A stretch of 64,000 bases of DNA from Lingula anatina (taxonomy: Eukaryota > Animalia > Brachiopoda), in contig CM120641.1 of the NCBI GenBank assembly GCA_051362555.1, positions 9,424,001 to 9,488,000 on the forward strand, read 5' to 3'. Below are positions 10,521 to 22,829 of this stretch, one piece after another. The position numbers and the translations under genes were made by a program. Within the stretch, counting starts at the first letter, position 1. Each line of letters begins with the position of its first letter. Under the pieces are notes generated by a model that made no database searches, had not been told where the DNA came from, and worked only from the letters and a program-made list of their open reading frames with translations.

Positions 10521-13500
10521 CCAGTTTCGAGTGGCCTTGGGAGTATAACTTTCCACCGTTTTTCACGTACGTTTCAAGTGATAACTATTCCCATTATTAA
10601 GTCACAGCCCAAACAGTCTGATATTAATGGTTTTTGATGAGGCAGTTTCACATGTTGATTAAGTCAGTGTTGTGTACTCTGAATTGTCGCTTTTTGCAAA
10701 TTTCTAATTCAGTTAATTTGGAAATGTCTCAGATACAATGGACATTATTCATTACTCTGTAATTCACTGCATATTATTGAGAAAAAAGTATGTTCAATAA
10801 TAGTGGTATGATTTGTATTGCCTGATTACTTTGCAAGTGCTCTACCACTGAGCTATCAAGCCTGGGTCTACCCTGCTAGTCAGTACATAGTACTGCATAT
10901 CCTTACTAGTAATTTGGCATCACAGAACAGTCACATCACAGCACAGTAATCAGACAGATGTGAAGTATACAGAGCTTTTACTTGAACAAAATAATTTTAG
11001 CATCCAATTTATGCAGAAAACGCTAGGTCTGTCATTGGAAGGTATGTGATGTGTATATTACAGTATATGCCCTTACTAATTAATGCTTAGAAATTTCATA
11101 ATTAATAAATGCCTGCTAGGTGAAATGCACATCTTTGAAACATTTTCACAATTTTGGTTATAAAAACAATGTTGATTTGAATGCTAATTAAACTGACAAA
11201 TTGTATGATTTTAAACACGTTGAGTGCCTAAACCACTCATACTGCAGTCTGCAAGGCTACTAGAATAAGTTAAATGGAAAGCTCTTTTGAAAACTTACAA
11301 AAAAAAAAAAATCCCTGCCCATGTTAGACCACTAAATTCACACATTATGAAAATTCTACTGCTCCAAACAAATTTTTACTGGCTGGTTTAGGACCAGGGG
11401 CAAACTGAAGGTATATTCAGACTCAACTGAAGCTAAATTTTATATTTGAACTGGATTACTAACTACATGTAGAGCATTAGAGAAATAATGGGCATTAATG
11501 GTTATGGCTGCTGTCAAAGATATTGAAAATTAATAAAAAATTTCAAACAGGAGATAAAATCATTCATATAGGTAACACATACTGTCAAAAGATATGGTCC
11601 TACTCTTGTAAATTAAGTCTGTGGAAGAAAATTTAAATAATTGAATCTATCTTGCATCTTTTCACATTTACACTGTTCCAAATAATTGTTATTGGGAACA
11701 GTGTTAATGTGAAAAGATACATTTAAAGCAGTGCATGTTCTTTGTATTATAAACAGTGTGATTTATGCTGTGGTAATATGATGGATAGACTTTCTTTTTT
11801 GAAAAGAGACATATAATATGATGATTGATTTATGTAATGTCAAATTTTATTATACTTATTATGTAAAGAAAGGTTTTTATATCCATCTGATAAGAACTTT
11901 ATATCACATTCTGCATTTGCACTGTAGAGGTGAGTGCACACATTTGTTATTCTGGCTAAAAACAGGTTGCTTCTAAAATTGCAACCCAAAGTATAAATCT
12001 TAGTTTTGTGTTCATAATTATTAATGAGCTATCAGTTGTGTTTTTGTCCATTTCAAACTAAAGTCATTTCAACTTACTTGGGGACTTGCGTTATGGGGAA
12101 CCAAATTGATTTTTGGCTGCTCTGTTCAAAAGCACAGCCATGAAAAAATAAAGCTCATAAGTAAAAAAAAAAAAAAATTAGTGGAAAAATAATAAGTGGG
12201 TTGGCATTTCATTATGTCGTCTCTTTTCATAAAATGAAAATGTTTCAAGAAGAATATTCTCATCTTTTAAAGTTGAATTAAAATGTAATGTACTTTCTTT
12301 TATGTTGCAATGTTCAAGGGGGCTGAATGACACGCTGAATAATTTTATTGCTTTTTGACTTAGAAAGAGGTGTTAGTACCAGGTAGTTTGTTGGTTTTAT
12401 GTAAATTAAGGGGAATGCCTTTCAAAGGCGCACACCTTATTGCCTTTATTAAATCATTTTCCTTTTGTCAAATTATTTAATATTGGCAGGAGAAGAAAAT
12501 ACTTGGGATATGGTCCAGTACATACTGTAACTAGAGAGAAGGAGCTAAACTTGATATATACAAATATTAATTACCTTTTAAAGTACATTTTCAAGTGATT
12601 CAAAAAAGAAGTTGGTAATATTTAGTTAGTTCTTATGCACTGTTATATGGTTAAAATCAAAACACAGTTGAGATATAACAACTTCCATCTTTCCTTTTCC
12701 CCTAGAATAATTTCTGTGTTTCTCTTTTCCCTAGGTTACAGCCTAATCTTGACACCCGCGAGAAACAGTTGCAGTCCTGGTGCAGCCTGATTCTGTCTTA
12801 TCAGAAACACATCAAGTCTCACACTCTGGATGTGGTAGAGATGCAGACCAGTTCACTATTTTATAACAAAAGTATAGAAAGTATCCTTTCATTAATTTGT
12901 GTTGTCCTTTCACCAAGTTCTTACCAACTTGAAATTAGTGAAAAGAGCTAAAAGTGTTTTTTTTTGTATTTTCAGTGTTTGCCTTAACTAAATTTTCTCA
13001 GGAAAATTAAGTTTAGAAAGTATATATTTAATTTTAGACAGATTAGAAAAAAAAGGTAAGTCAGCTTGTATAGAATTATACCTGATATATATTACATTGA
13101 CATATGGAAATTTGCATACATGTACATGTAGCTTTATATTGGTCTTAGTACTAATTAAGCTACTTGGTGACCAAGTAACTAAGTTACTTAATGAGAGTCA
13201 TTTGATCCTACTAGTCAATGTCCCTACAGTAAGGCTCTGTTCACAACCAAGTTGATCTGCGTACTGACTGAGCTACAGGGAAGGTGCGTGTGGGAGGTGG
13301 AAATCCATTAGGGGGTTATGCCACTTGCTTTCAAATGTGCACCATATTTGATCTGTGGCTCAGTTAGTCTGCAGATCAACAAATCCATATGAGGTCAGCT
13401 TTGAGGAGGGGGGGTCTGCATCAGTGATCACCATTTGGTGATGTCAGAGCTAGATCAAATTAAAAGTTTACCGCCAATGTCCAATACACCTGATTATAAT

Positions 13501-16500
13501 AAATATATATAGTAAACATTCAGTTTATTAATTTCTATATATTACACACATATTTACACACGTGCTCTGTAATTTTTTTCTGAATAGTAAATATTATCAC
13601 TTAACAGATATTGATTTAATAAACATTAGATAATTGATTAGTTAACAAAATGAATTCGCTAATGAACCCATTCAGTTAAAGGGTAATTGATGTGATGTCA
13701 GTTAATTACTGCTTCTCCCTACAGTATTTGAATGGATATATGCATCATGTATACCTCCCAATAGTAAAAGTATATATGAGTGTATGTGTGTGTGTGTGTG
13801 TGTGTATGAATTAGAATTGCCTTGGGGAAATCAACCAAAGGCATAATTACTCTTATACTGTGGCTTAGTTTCCCATGTTCAGGTCATTTTAAAACTAAAT
13901 AATAGATACACTTACAGGTCCAGAGGTGCGTTTCTATTATTGACCAAGAAGTGCATTTTTTTTACTGGCTTTGAACATGTCAGTCTTGTTTAAAATTTTT
14001 CTTGTGACCATAGATCTGAATTATGTTCTGGGTATTGGCTATTGCCATCTTTAGGTAACACTGCTTAAATTGCTTTGAAATGAAGGGCATGCAAGAGAAT
14101 TACACATTCCATCTTTATTTCTAATTTGTGTTGGCAAGCAAGTTAGGTTTTTCTTTCATTAGTATGGAGAATGGTTCTTTTTGTATTCAGTTCAGTTGAC
14201 ATTAGAGAAGTTTTATGGCACCATATTTATATTACTTTTATACTGACTTGGTAGCTCTGTTAACCTAGATAAGCAGTATAACATTGAAATACATATCCAT
14301 TATCAGATGTAGTGCAGTAATATAACTCTTTCATTAATTGCCTCTCTTGGGTTTTTTACAATTTCATTTGGTTTAATACCTTTTGACTTGATATGAGTTT
14401 CACTCTAACATATTTGTCATCATACACTTAAACATTTGACATCATACTCTATTGAGCAGTCAAGACTTCATTGTCCATGTTGTTGTGATTGCCCATGTTG
14501 CTGTGTATTGTCCATGTTACTGTGTATTGTCCATGTTGCTGTGTATTGTCCATGTTGCTGTGCATTGTCCATGTTACTGTGTATTGTCCATGCTACTGTG
14601 TATTGTCCATGTTGCTGTGAATTGTCCATGCTGCTGTATTGTCCATGTTGCTGTGTATTGTCCATGTTGCTGTGTATTGTCCATGTTGCTGTGAATTGTC
14701 CATGCTGCTGTGTAGTGGGTGGTATCAGTGCAGGATTGCAGAGAGACAGATGATGTATAGATGGTTGACTAATGTTAATTAATAATGTTTACATGACCCT
14801 GTAAACACTGCACAAAATAGACTTGATACTTCTGAAGAATTCTTTTGTTCCTAGTTGATAATTAATTTTGTTGGAGTAAAAAGGACATGGATTTAACTGC
14901 TGTCATTAATTTGAGGAAATAAATTACAGTTTTCATGACCTGGTAACTACAGCTTGGAAAAGACCATTTTTTAAACAAATGTCTGTGAGTTATTTATTTA
15001 TTTTTTTTTTCTTTTTTGTTAGGGTTATAACCCTAAAACTAAGGACTCTAAGGTGAATACAAACATGCCTTCTGAGTCATGCTGTTTAAGAGTGAGAGAG
15101 GTGGAAAGTTGAACTTGGGGCAGAGAAGAATCATAGGGGAGGGATTTTGCTTTCAACAGCCTTACATGAATTTATGATTGGATTACCAAGAACAAAAAAT
15201 ATCATATACATTTATCCTGCAAATTAGGAATGCTATGGTCATTCAACATTTCCATTTGTTTTCTTGCCAGTATATAGTGCTAGCAGTAACCATGCCAGTC
15301 CTTTCTTGGAAGTTCAGATTTAGCTAGTTTTAGATAAAAGAAAAAGACATTACAACCACAAATAATAAAGAAAACATTTTCATAAAAATTGACTTATATT
15401 GTGGAATTTTTCAACAGAAAATTGTCATATTCAAGCATGTATTTTTGAAGACAGGAAGGTTTTTTCCTAGACCCCAATGGCCATCAGCCCAGATACACAT
15501 AGCTTTCAAGGAGGCTGATTTGATGTCCTAAGAGACTTAAAAGGTGCTAGAATCGGAGTTAAATGGGGCGAAATTCTATGCGCTGTTAATTCTCTCTCAG
15601 AAAGCAATACAAAGTGCAAAACATAGTTAATTCATATTGTTGTACAATAGACCAAAATTCAACAGATCCCCCTCTCCTTTCTGACAAATCCCACATATTT
15701 TGTTTGATTTCATGCTACTTCACAAGACTTCTTGGCTTTCTCAAGTGATGCTCTTTTTTTGCTGTATTACCATTTTTTACTCCCTTATCTATAAATAAAA
15801 CTTAAATTTTCTTTCTTTCTTATTTTAGAAAAAAATACTGTTTTTGATTTTTTTACAGAGCCACCCATAGCCCTTTAGGATCTGTTACAGTTCAGACCAA
15901 ACCATTGTATAAATCAGTTATAATTCTTATTTTTCATGAAGGCCACATTGAATGGTTGGACAAAAGTAAAAAGCAATGCTACCTCATGTGGAGAACACCA
16001 CAGGAATGGGGCAATACAATCTACAAATGGGTAAGCTGTAACTTTTTCTCACAGTGACAATTTTTTTAAACTCAATGCACTGTAAAAAAAAAAAGAAACA
16101 AAATATTAAGATGACACATTGGGACTCAAATTAGCAAAAGATGAAAAACTTAATGAAATATGACCAAAGAAAATTTGGAAATCCAGAAAACCTGGGTATA
16201 TTGTTTTAAATCAGTTTAAAGGGTGATGATGATAGTGGGCATTTTGGAAATTGTTAAAAAAGAGCACACTACCATGGCGTGCTTCTTACTCCTCTGTACT
16301 TGCAATCCTTAGCTTGCATGTCACGGCGTGACCTATGTACTGCCAACATGTAAGGTAAGAAACTTATTCCAGGGCCATTTATTTCAGCCTGTGGCATTGC
16401 ATGAAGGAATTTATATATAAGTATTTGAAGAACATCCTGGAAGAATAAACAGATGTTTAAGAAAAGTAACCAGTATTCAGATCAAAATTCCCCAACATTG

Positions 16501-18561
16501 ATAAATCTATTCATGCCAATCATTTATCTTCTAATGAATTCTTTAAAACTAATGACTATAGTTTTTAAGCAGGGGTTGTAAGTTCATTCAAAACATTAAG
16601 CTGTTTTTTTACAGGGAAGATAAAAGGCAACAGTAATGTTGCATACAGTTATCTGTTTTCTCTTTTTACAGTTTCAGCAAGAGCAAAAAGAACCCTACTC
16701 TCATTTTTTTTCTACAGATGACACAAAGGCAGACTTAAAGGGATAATAGCTCTTCGTTTTGGCCAAAAAATTAATTTTCCTGGAGTAAACAACAATTTTC
16801 TCATACTTACCAGTGGATAATGAATCCATTTTTGCATTTAAAGTTAGTCCCTGTTTTTTTTCTAAAAAGTTTTTTTTGTTATAATCCCTTAAGAGATTAT
16901 AACATAGTATAGCCCTCAGTGGAGGTCAAGTGGACAAGCTCAGATATCGGCCTAATAGCTATAACTGCCGTTTTTGTGGTACAACAGAATATATTATATT
17001 TCTATGGGTTGTTCACAATGTTTTTATTGAGAAATATAGATCTCATACAAATAGTTATTATCCCTTTAATTTTAGTAACCTTTTCACTGTTCTGTTATTT
17101 TTTATGCAGAAAACATACATCACTGTTCAGATTGCTGTGCCATTTTCATTAATCATTTTCACTTCTAGCACACTGGGGAGACGTGTAAAACTGGATGTCA
17201 TGACAGTCTGTACAGTAATTGATGAACTACACATGTGCTTAGAAAAATACACACGTATGTGTTGATAGCAGTATCACCTTATAACAAAGGCTCTGAAATA
17301 TTTAACATACTATAGGTGTATATGTAGTACATAGTGGGTGTAGGGGAGGGGGGTCTTAAGATCAGTGGTCCTTTATTTATTTTATAAACCTGAATCAGTC
17401 CATCTTGGTTGTTTTAGGCTTCGTTCACATGCAATGTCTATTTTCTAAATTCTATTTTCTATTTTCGGTATGTCTTATGATCACGGTCTGTGCACTGAAT
17501 ATCCCGCGGCGTAATTACTGGCAGCGCGAGCCAGTTACTATAAGTTACTATAAGTAACTGGCTCGCGCTGCCAGTAATTACGCGGCGGGATATTCAGTGC
17601 ACAGACCGTGATCATAAGATAGCGCGAATAGAAAATAGAATTTAGAAAATAGACATTGCATGTGAACGAAGCCTTAGTCTTGGGCCCCTAATGCACTAAC
17701 ATGTACCGGTATACATGTGTATTAAGAATGTATTACATTCTTCTACGTACATGTATCTATACACTGTCATGTATTATGTGAACTCCCTAAGATGATGCAT
17801 GTACTGGTATGATATTGTACTCTGTTATGTTACTTACCAAAAACCAACGGAGTCATGCTGGTCATAGTAGAGGAGGAAATGTTCTGTTAATTTATGGCTG
17901 AATGATATATAGTATTGGACACTTCAGGCGTAAACTTTCCCTCTCAACACTATAACTCAGTATAATCTACTCTGTGACAACCTGGGGTCAGACATGGTCT
18001 GGGCATTACCTCCACTGTCAGGATGATGCGTACCTTATGAAACCTCTGACCTGGCAGCTAATTGCCATCACTATTTAATTGCTGAATGTTTTGCTTTCTG
18101 TAGGATGCAGAAATTTATGGATGTTCAGCGCTGAGTTAGTTGGATTGGTGTATTTAATATATGATTGTATGTCTTGACAGCTTAAAATAGGAGACTCTTT
18201 AATTGATATCATGTTATTTGCTTATATATGATTATAAATATTTTGCCAGGCATTGTATTTACTGTATTTGAGATTCTGGTGTAAATAAATATTCATAATC
18301 ATTCCTGTCCACTTCTAAACTTAGAAATACCAATGAAAGTAGGTTTTGTGGTCACATTTTTCTTTCTTGAACTTTCTGGGTTAATGTGAAGTTCTTACAT
18401 TTCCTCATTCATAGCAGCATGAAATGCAATTTTAGATCAGAGGTAGTTTTTTTAACTGAAAAAGGGCGCATGCACACAGGGTACTTAAAGAGAAAACACT
18501 AACATTTAAGACAACTTCAGCCCCTTTCACTCCCTTTGATGATAAGAATGTTGCAGGGATC

Positions 18562-18645
<84 letters not shown>

Positions 18646-20408
18646 AGACAGAGAGAGCTGAAATGTGGAGAATTAGATATATCTTAATTGTTTGAATCAC
18701 AAGGTGGTAAGAAAACTGAAACCTTTTCAAGTCCAATTTATAAAGAGGCCTGTAGTCAGGTTCATGTATTATGATGCATGGATTTTTACTATCTCTTGCT
18801 GTCACTTATGTTTAACCATGAGATGGGGACTGAGCACTGGGGGACATATCAGTGTGAGCAATTAAAGAAGATGCATATGAAATCAGCTATGGCATATCAT
18901 TTCAGCTTTAATTGTTATAATAGATTATCTGACCTCAGGTAGCCAGCCAGGCACTAATACAAGCTATAATTATCATGGTAATGTATGTTATCTCCCCAAG
19001 TGACCCCTGTGTAGAGGGAGGGTAGGTTCTGCCTAGCTGATCTGACCTTGTCTATGGCCTGGGCTGACAGATTGGTATTGTTCTGGGGATCTTTGAAAAT
19101 TAGCAAGGCCTGAAATGTAGACAGCAAGGTGTGCTTTAAATATGGAAGCACTCGACTACAGGCACCATGCCAAGTGGCAGTTTCATTAAGTCTGTGGGCC
19201 TTTTGCAGACTTGTAATTATTATCATGTTGCTACCGGTATGTTGATTTCAATGCAGGTTTGATGTATTGAACAATTGTAGCAAAATAAACTAATGTTTGT
19301 TGACATCTTGGAGTTAAAGAGGCTGTTAATTCAAATCGGATGAAGGTACCTTGGAACACCAGGGTAATTGTTATTTTTATTGGACAAACCTCCATGTTAA
19401 CAAGTGACAGTTTAGGCAGAAATATGTTAATGATCCAATATTTCAAGAGTAAAATTGGGTCGTGCTCACAACCAGTTGATCCGTGGACTAACTAGTCCCC
19501 AGATTAAATATGGCATGACCCACTTAAAAGCACGGCGAGATTTTATTGCTCTGCTCCTGCTGGGACAATGCATGTGAGAGGCAGAAATCTGTTGTCAAGT
19601 GCACACCATATTTGATCCGCAGACATGTTAGTTTCAACTTGTTGTGAACGTAGCCTTGGTTATGTATAGCCAGTTAGGGCTGTGCACACCACATTGTTAT
19701 TTTGATGTGTAATTACAGATCAAAATAATAACAGATAAATCAGTCATTTAATGCAAACTACTATTGACCAGTGTCATATAGAATTTAATGTTACTAGTAT
19801 TTCAAGCAAGACACACAAAAACTTCAAAAAAGCTCCTTCATTTGTGTTTTAACTGACACCACTTATACCCTAGCAACAAGTAGTTAACCCTTTTCTCCTA
19901 TATTAACTCCCAAAATAGCTGACAGTTGACTGCTGTATGGGAAGGACTAGAGTACCACAACATTTCAACATTTCAGAGATAAACTAAGAACTAACCACAT
20001 TTCAGGTGTGCATGTTGAATGTTTATGGGTGAACAGTTGTAGTTTGAAATTTGTGAATTTGTATTTTGGTAAATAAATGCACGATATCTGTTATGTGTTT
20101 TCAGGCGAAGGAAGCAGGCCTGGTGAACACAGTGTGCACATTCTATGAGTTGACTGATGGGGATGACACGGCTGGGCAAGGTAAACTAAATCCAATGACT
20201 GATTGTTTGATTTTTAAGTGTTTTTCTTTTCATTACCCCCCATATTTTACCTACAATGTCTACAGAGTTTGGTGATCCCCATTGGTCATCCTGAGCATTT
20301 GAAGTGGTCACTGATGTCCCATATGGTTGCTTACATAACTGACAGAAAATTAGAATTGGATTTTTCGTTGAAATTAACACACGGGGAAGTTCAAATTAGC
20401 TTTGCTCC

Positions 20409-20482
<74 letters not shown>

Positions 20483-20963
20483 TAACTACCAAAAGGGCTG
20501 TGCACTTTAGATCATTTCTTAAATTTATAAGCAGTAAAATTAATCAGTGGTGTCTGGTTAACAGGAAATAAAAGATCGTTATCTCGATATGTTTGTAAAC
20601 AAAAAGCCATTTATTAACCACGTGCCTGGAGGTGAATGGTATTTACATGTGATCATCCGAGCGTGGTTCTTGGAAAATGTTAGGGAAGACATTTTACTAT
20701 GGGGTATTAGGATGGAGGTGTGGCAAGAATTTAGACATTTTACCACAATAGTCGTGTGCTAGTATTTCATATTTTAAAAAGTTTAAGAAACAAATACAAG
20801 TTGAATGCACATAAAGAGAGTTGTGCTGAACATAAAGTTGATCTTTTCAGAATTCCATGGACTGGAGCCCGACCTTCTGGTGAAAGCACTCAAGGTATTA
20901 GAATCACAAGGAAAGGCAGAAATTATTGAGATGGACGAGAGCCGAGGAGTGAAGTTCTTTTAA
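10511..20963 (+). CDS. VPS25: Vacuolar protein sorting 25 (ESCRT-II subunit)
   Basis: Exons 10511-10566, 12735-12880, 13002-13055, 15942-16030, 20105-20180, 20851-20963 splice in frame: MAASSFEWPWEYNFPPFFTLQPNLDTREKQLQSWCSLIL...RKLSLESIYLILDRLEKKGHIEWLDKSKKQCYLMWRTPQEWGNTIYKW...NTVCTFYELTDGDDT..EFHGL...GKAEII..SRGVKFF*. Confidence 0.96.
10835..10862 (-). repeat. tRNA-derived SINE head fragment (A-box)
   Basis: Minus strand ggcttgatagctcagtggtagagcactt resembles a tRNA D-arm/A-box; no anticodon or T-arm continuation. Confidence 0.5.
11656..11718. repeat. ~30-bp-arm hairpin in VPS25 intron 1
   Basis: atcttttcacatttacactgttccaaataa-ttg-ttattgggaacagtgttaatgtgaaaagat; near-perfect inverted repeat with two mismatches. 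Confidence 0.8.
12881..13001 (+). other. U12-type (minor spliceosome) GT-AG intron in VPS25
   Basis: 5' site GTATCCTTTC at 12881; branch site TGCCTTAAC at 12980-12988, about 12 nt upstream of the AG at 13000-13001. Splicing restores the IERKLSLESI reading frame. Confidence 0.92.
13233..13380. mobile_element. Truncated PIF/Harbinger-like MITE (same family as 19458-19655)
   Basis: TAA then ggctctgttcacaaccaagttgatctgcgtactgactgagc ... gctcagttagtctgcagatcaac inverted pair; shares caccatatttgatc with the 19.5-kb copy. Confidence 0.6.
14470..14712. repeat. 19-bp minisatellite (~13 copies)
   Basis: Unit tgtccatgttgctgtgtat with minor variants; explains the spurious Cys-rich ORFs. Confidence 0.95.
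16739..16888. mobile_element. Degenerate copy of the TTAA-flanked (Kolobok-like) MITE
   Basis: ttaa-agggataatagctcttcgttttggccaaaaaattaattttcctggagtaaacaacaatttt matches the reverse complement of 49030-49106. Confidence 0.65.
17417..17673. mobile_element. PIF/Harbinger (Tourist-like) fold-back MITE, near-perfect palindrome
   Basis: ggcttcgttcacatgcaatgtct...agacattgcatgtgaacgaagcc; ~120-bp arms pair almost completely; flanked by TTA/TTA target-site duplication. Confidence 0.9.
18564..18642. repeat. (GT)n microsatellite
   Basis: About 39 uninterrupted GT units. Confidence 0.97.
19458..19655. mobile_element. PIF/Harbinger-like MITE
   Basis: ggtcgtgctcacaac ... gttgtgaacgtagcc terminal inverted repeats flanked by TTG/TTG; related to the 13233 copy. 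Confidence 0.7.
20413..20480. repeat. (GT)n followed by a poly-T tract
   Basis: Directly visible. Confidence 0.9.
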
Positions 20964-22829
20964 TGTACGTGCCAAAACTGCGACACGAAGACATTTTCGA
21001 ATAAGAAAGTTCGCTGTATCTATTATGCAATGGCAGTAATAATACCTGGTGAACAGGATGTAAATGACCCGCGCCAGGGTGGCAGGAAGAATCGTGCTCA
21101 CGGAGGAAGGGTGCATAAAGCACCCGTTTAATGATTAAAGTATCACGAAAAGAAATTATGAAACTGCAGCTTCCTTTTTTCATGCACATTGAGATAGGCA
21201 CGTGGCACGTGTACTCTTTACTTGCGACACGGCCATATGTGAATGCTGCTGTGCTGTATGTGCCACTGATTATGAAAACGTATTTACAGTACAAATTGAG
21301 TTGACACGTAGGGCCTACTTGCTTTTACCTTTACAACACATATGTCGTGGATTCTCAAGAGCTTACCGGTATTTCATGATAAATAACATGAATCTAAGCA
21401 AAATAAGGAACAGCACTGTTAATGTCACCGATTAAATAAACGTGCAGAATTTTTGAATAAATTTTAGTATAAAACACGAAGCTTAAGTTGTTCAGGAAAA
21501 TATTGTATCTGGTCAATACAAAGGTGCAACAAGAAAAGTGCACACGAACGCGCTTGTAATATTTTTATGCAGAATAAATCAAGTAAAATTGTCGTTGTTT
21601 TTAGCAGTGAAGTCTTTTTTTTTAATATGACTTTCAAGAGCTTTAAGAGAAGAGACAAAACTGGTTTGCGAAAATTCAAATGTGGAAATAGTGTTAATGA
21701 TAGGTTCTAGAGATAAACGTAACGTTAAGAGATTTAACGAGTTTAAGTTGTCAGTGATGCCATTAGTCACAAAAATGGCTCATTTTAATACCAAAGTTGT
21801 AGCGTGAAAGTCTTCACACACTGTCTTCAGAGAATGTCAAAACAAATAAAAAACTAAAACATTCTGAAAAGGGCCCGTTTTTAGAGACGAGCATTTTAAA
21901 GTTTCAGTTTCTTACAGGTTCAGTGTTAGGTTATGGTCGTACATGTCGTGTTGTACGAAATCTCTGCCTACGTGAATTGGCACCTAACATATAACAGATA
22001 TTTTGTTCTTCGTGCTATATCACCCCCACCCCACCCCCACCCCCTTAGTGGCATAATCTCTCCTTTCTAATTTTTCCATATGTATCCTCTTTCGTAATCT
22101 ACGACGACCACTGAAGCAGGTGTGTTCGCGGCGATCTCTTGGGATGCGCTCAACGTATACGTGCTTGCTGCAGCAGACGTTGTCTCCGCCCAGGGGTTAG
22201 ATTTGGACTAAATCTATATTTGTCTTGCTGGTATTTATCCACAAATCGTTAACCCCAAGTTAACGGTCCCGTATCCAAAACTGTGTGCACTTAAACAATA
22301 AGTACCCTGTCGGTGCTCCAGCAGTAATGTGTTCCCGGCATGCATCCCAAGCTTGGTCGTAATCACTCACTGTGGCCACGCAGGCAAGTCATGCGAGATG
22401 GAGAAAAAGATGCATTTTAATTTCATGGCACGCAAAAAGATAATGTTCTTACGGGAGGGCAGGTGAAAACCTCATTTAAAGAAATGCAAGCTAGGCATTC
22501 GGTCGTGTGCAATACTAGTTGCTAAGCAATTGATTCATGCCGTAGGTGCTACAATAGAGCGCTAATACCTGCGGTTGACTAGCATAGAGCGCCAGTTACT
22601 GAGTGGTGCAGTATCAACCATCTAGTCGGACTGATCCTTAAATTCTGAAGATAGTCCCACACAGTTTCTCGTACAACAGGTGTTCTTTTTTCTTTTCCCT
22701 CTCCCTACGTGATAAGTGCGGAGTCCGCTGTGTCGCTACGTCATGCCGGAGTGACTCGGGGGAAACAGTGGTACCGAAAACAGAACTTCAAAACTGTGTC
22801 CTTGATTCAGTTGTCGTCTTAGCAAAAAC

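Noticed and set aside
10835-10862. tRNA gene
   Set aside because: Only the A-box/D-arm half is present; no cloverleaf.
14470-14712. CRISPR-like array
   Set aside because: Head-to-tail repeats without unique spacers, eukaryotic context, no cas genes.
14436-14753. Cys-rich, metallothionein-looking ORFs
   Set aside because: They are translations of a 19-bp intronic minisatellite whose unit is not a multiple of 3; no splice or start context.
18560-18805. HT-repeat ORF
   Set aside because: Translation of the (GT)n microsatellite.
22019-22029. Sterol-response element upstream of the LRP-like gene
   Set aside because: ATCACCCCCAC has one C more than SRE-1 (ATCACCCCAC) and lies in a low-complexity C-run.
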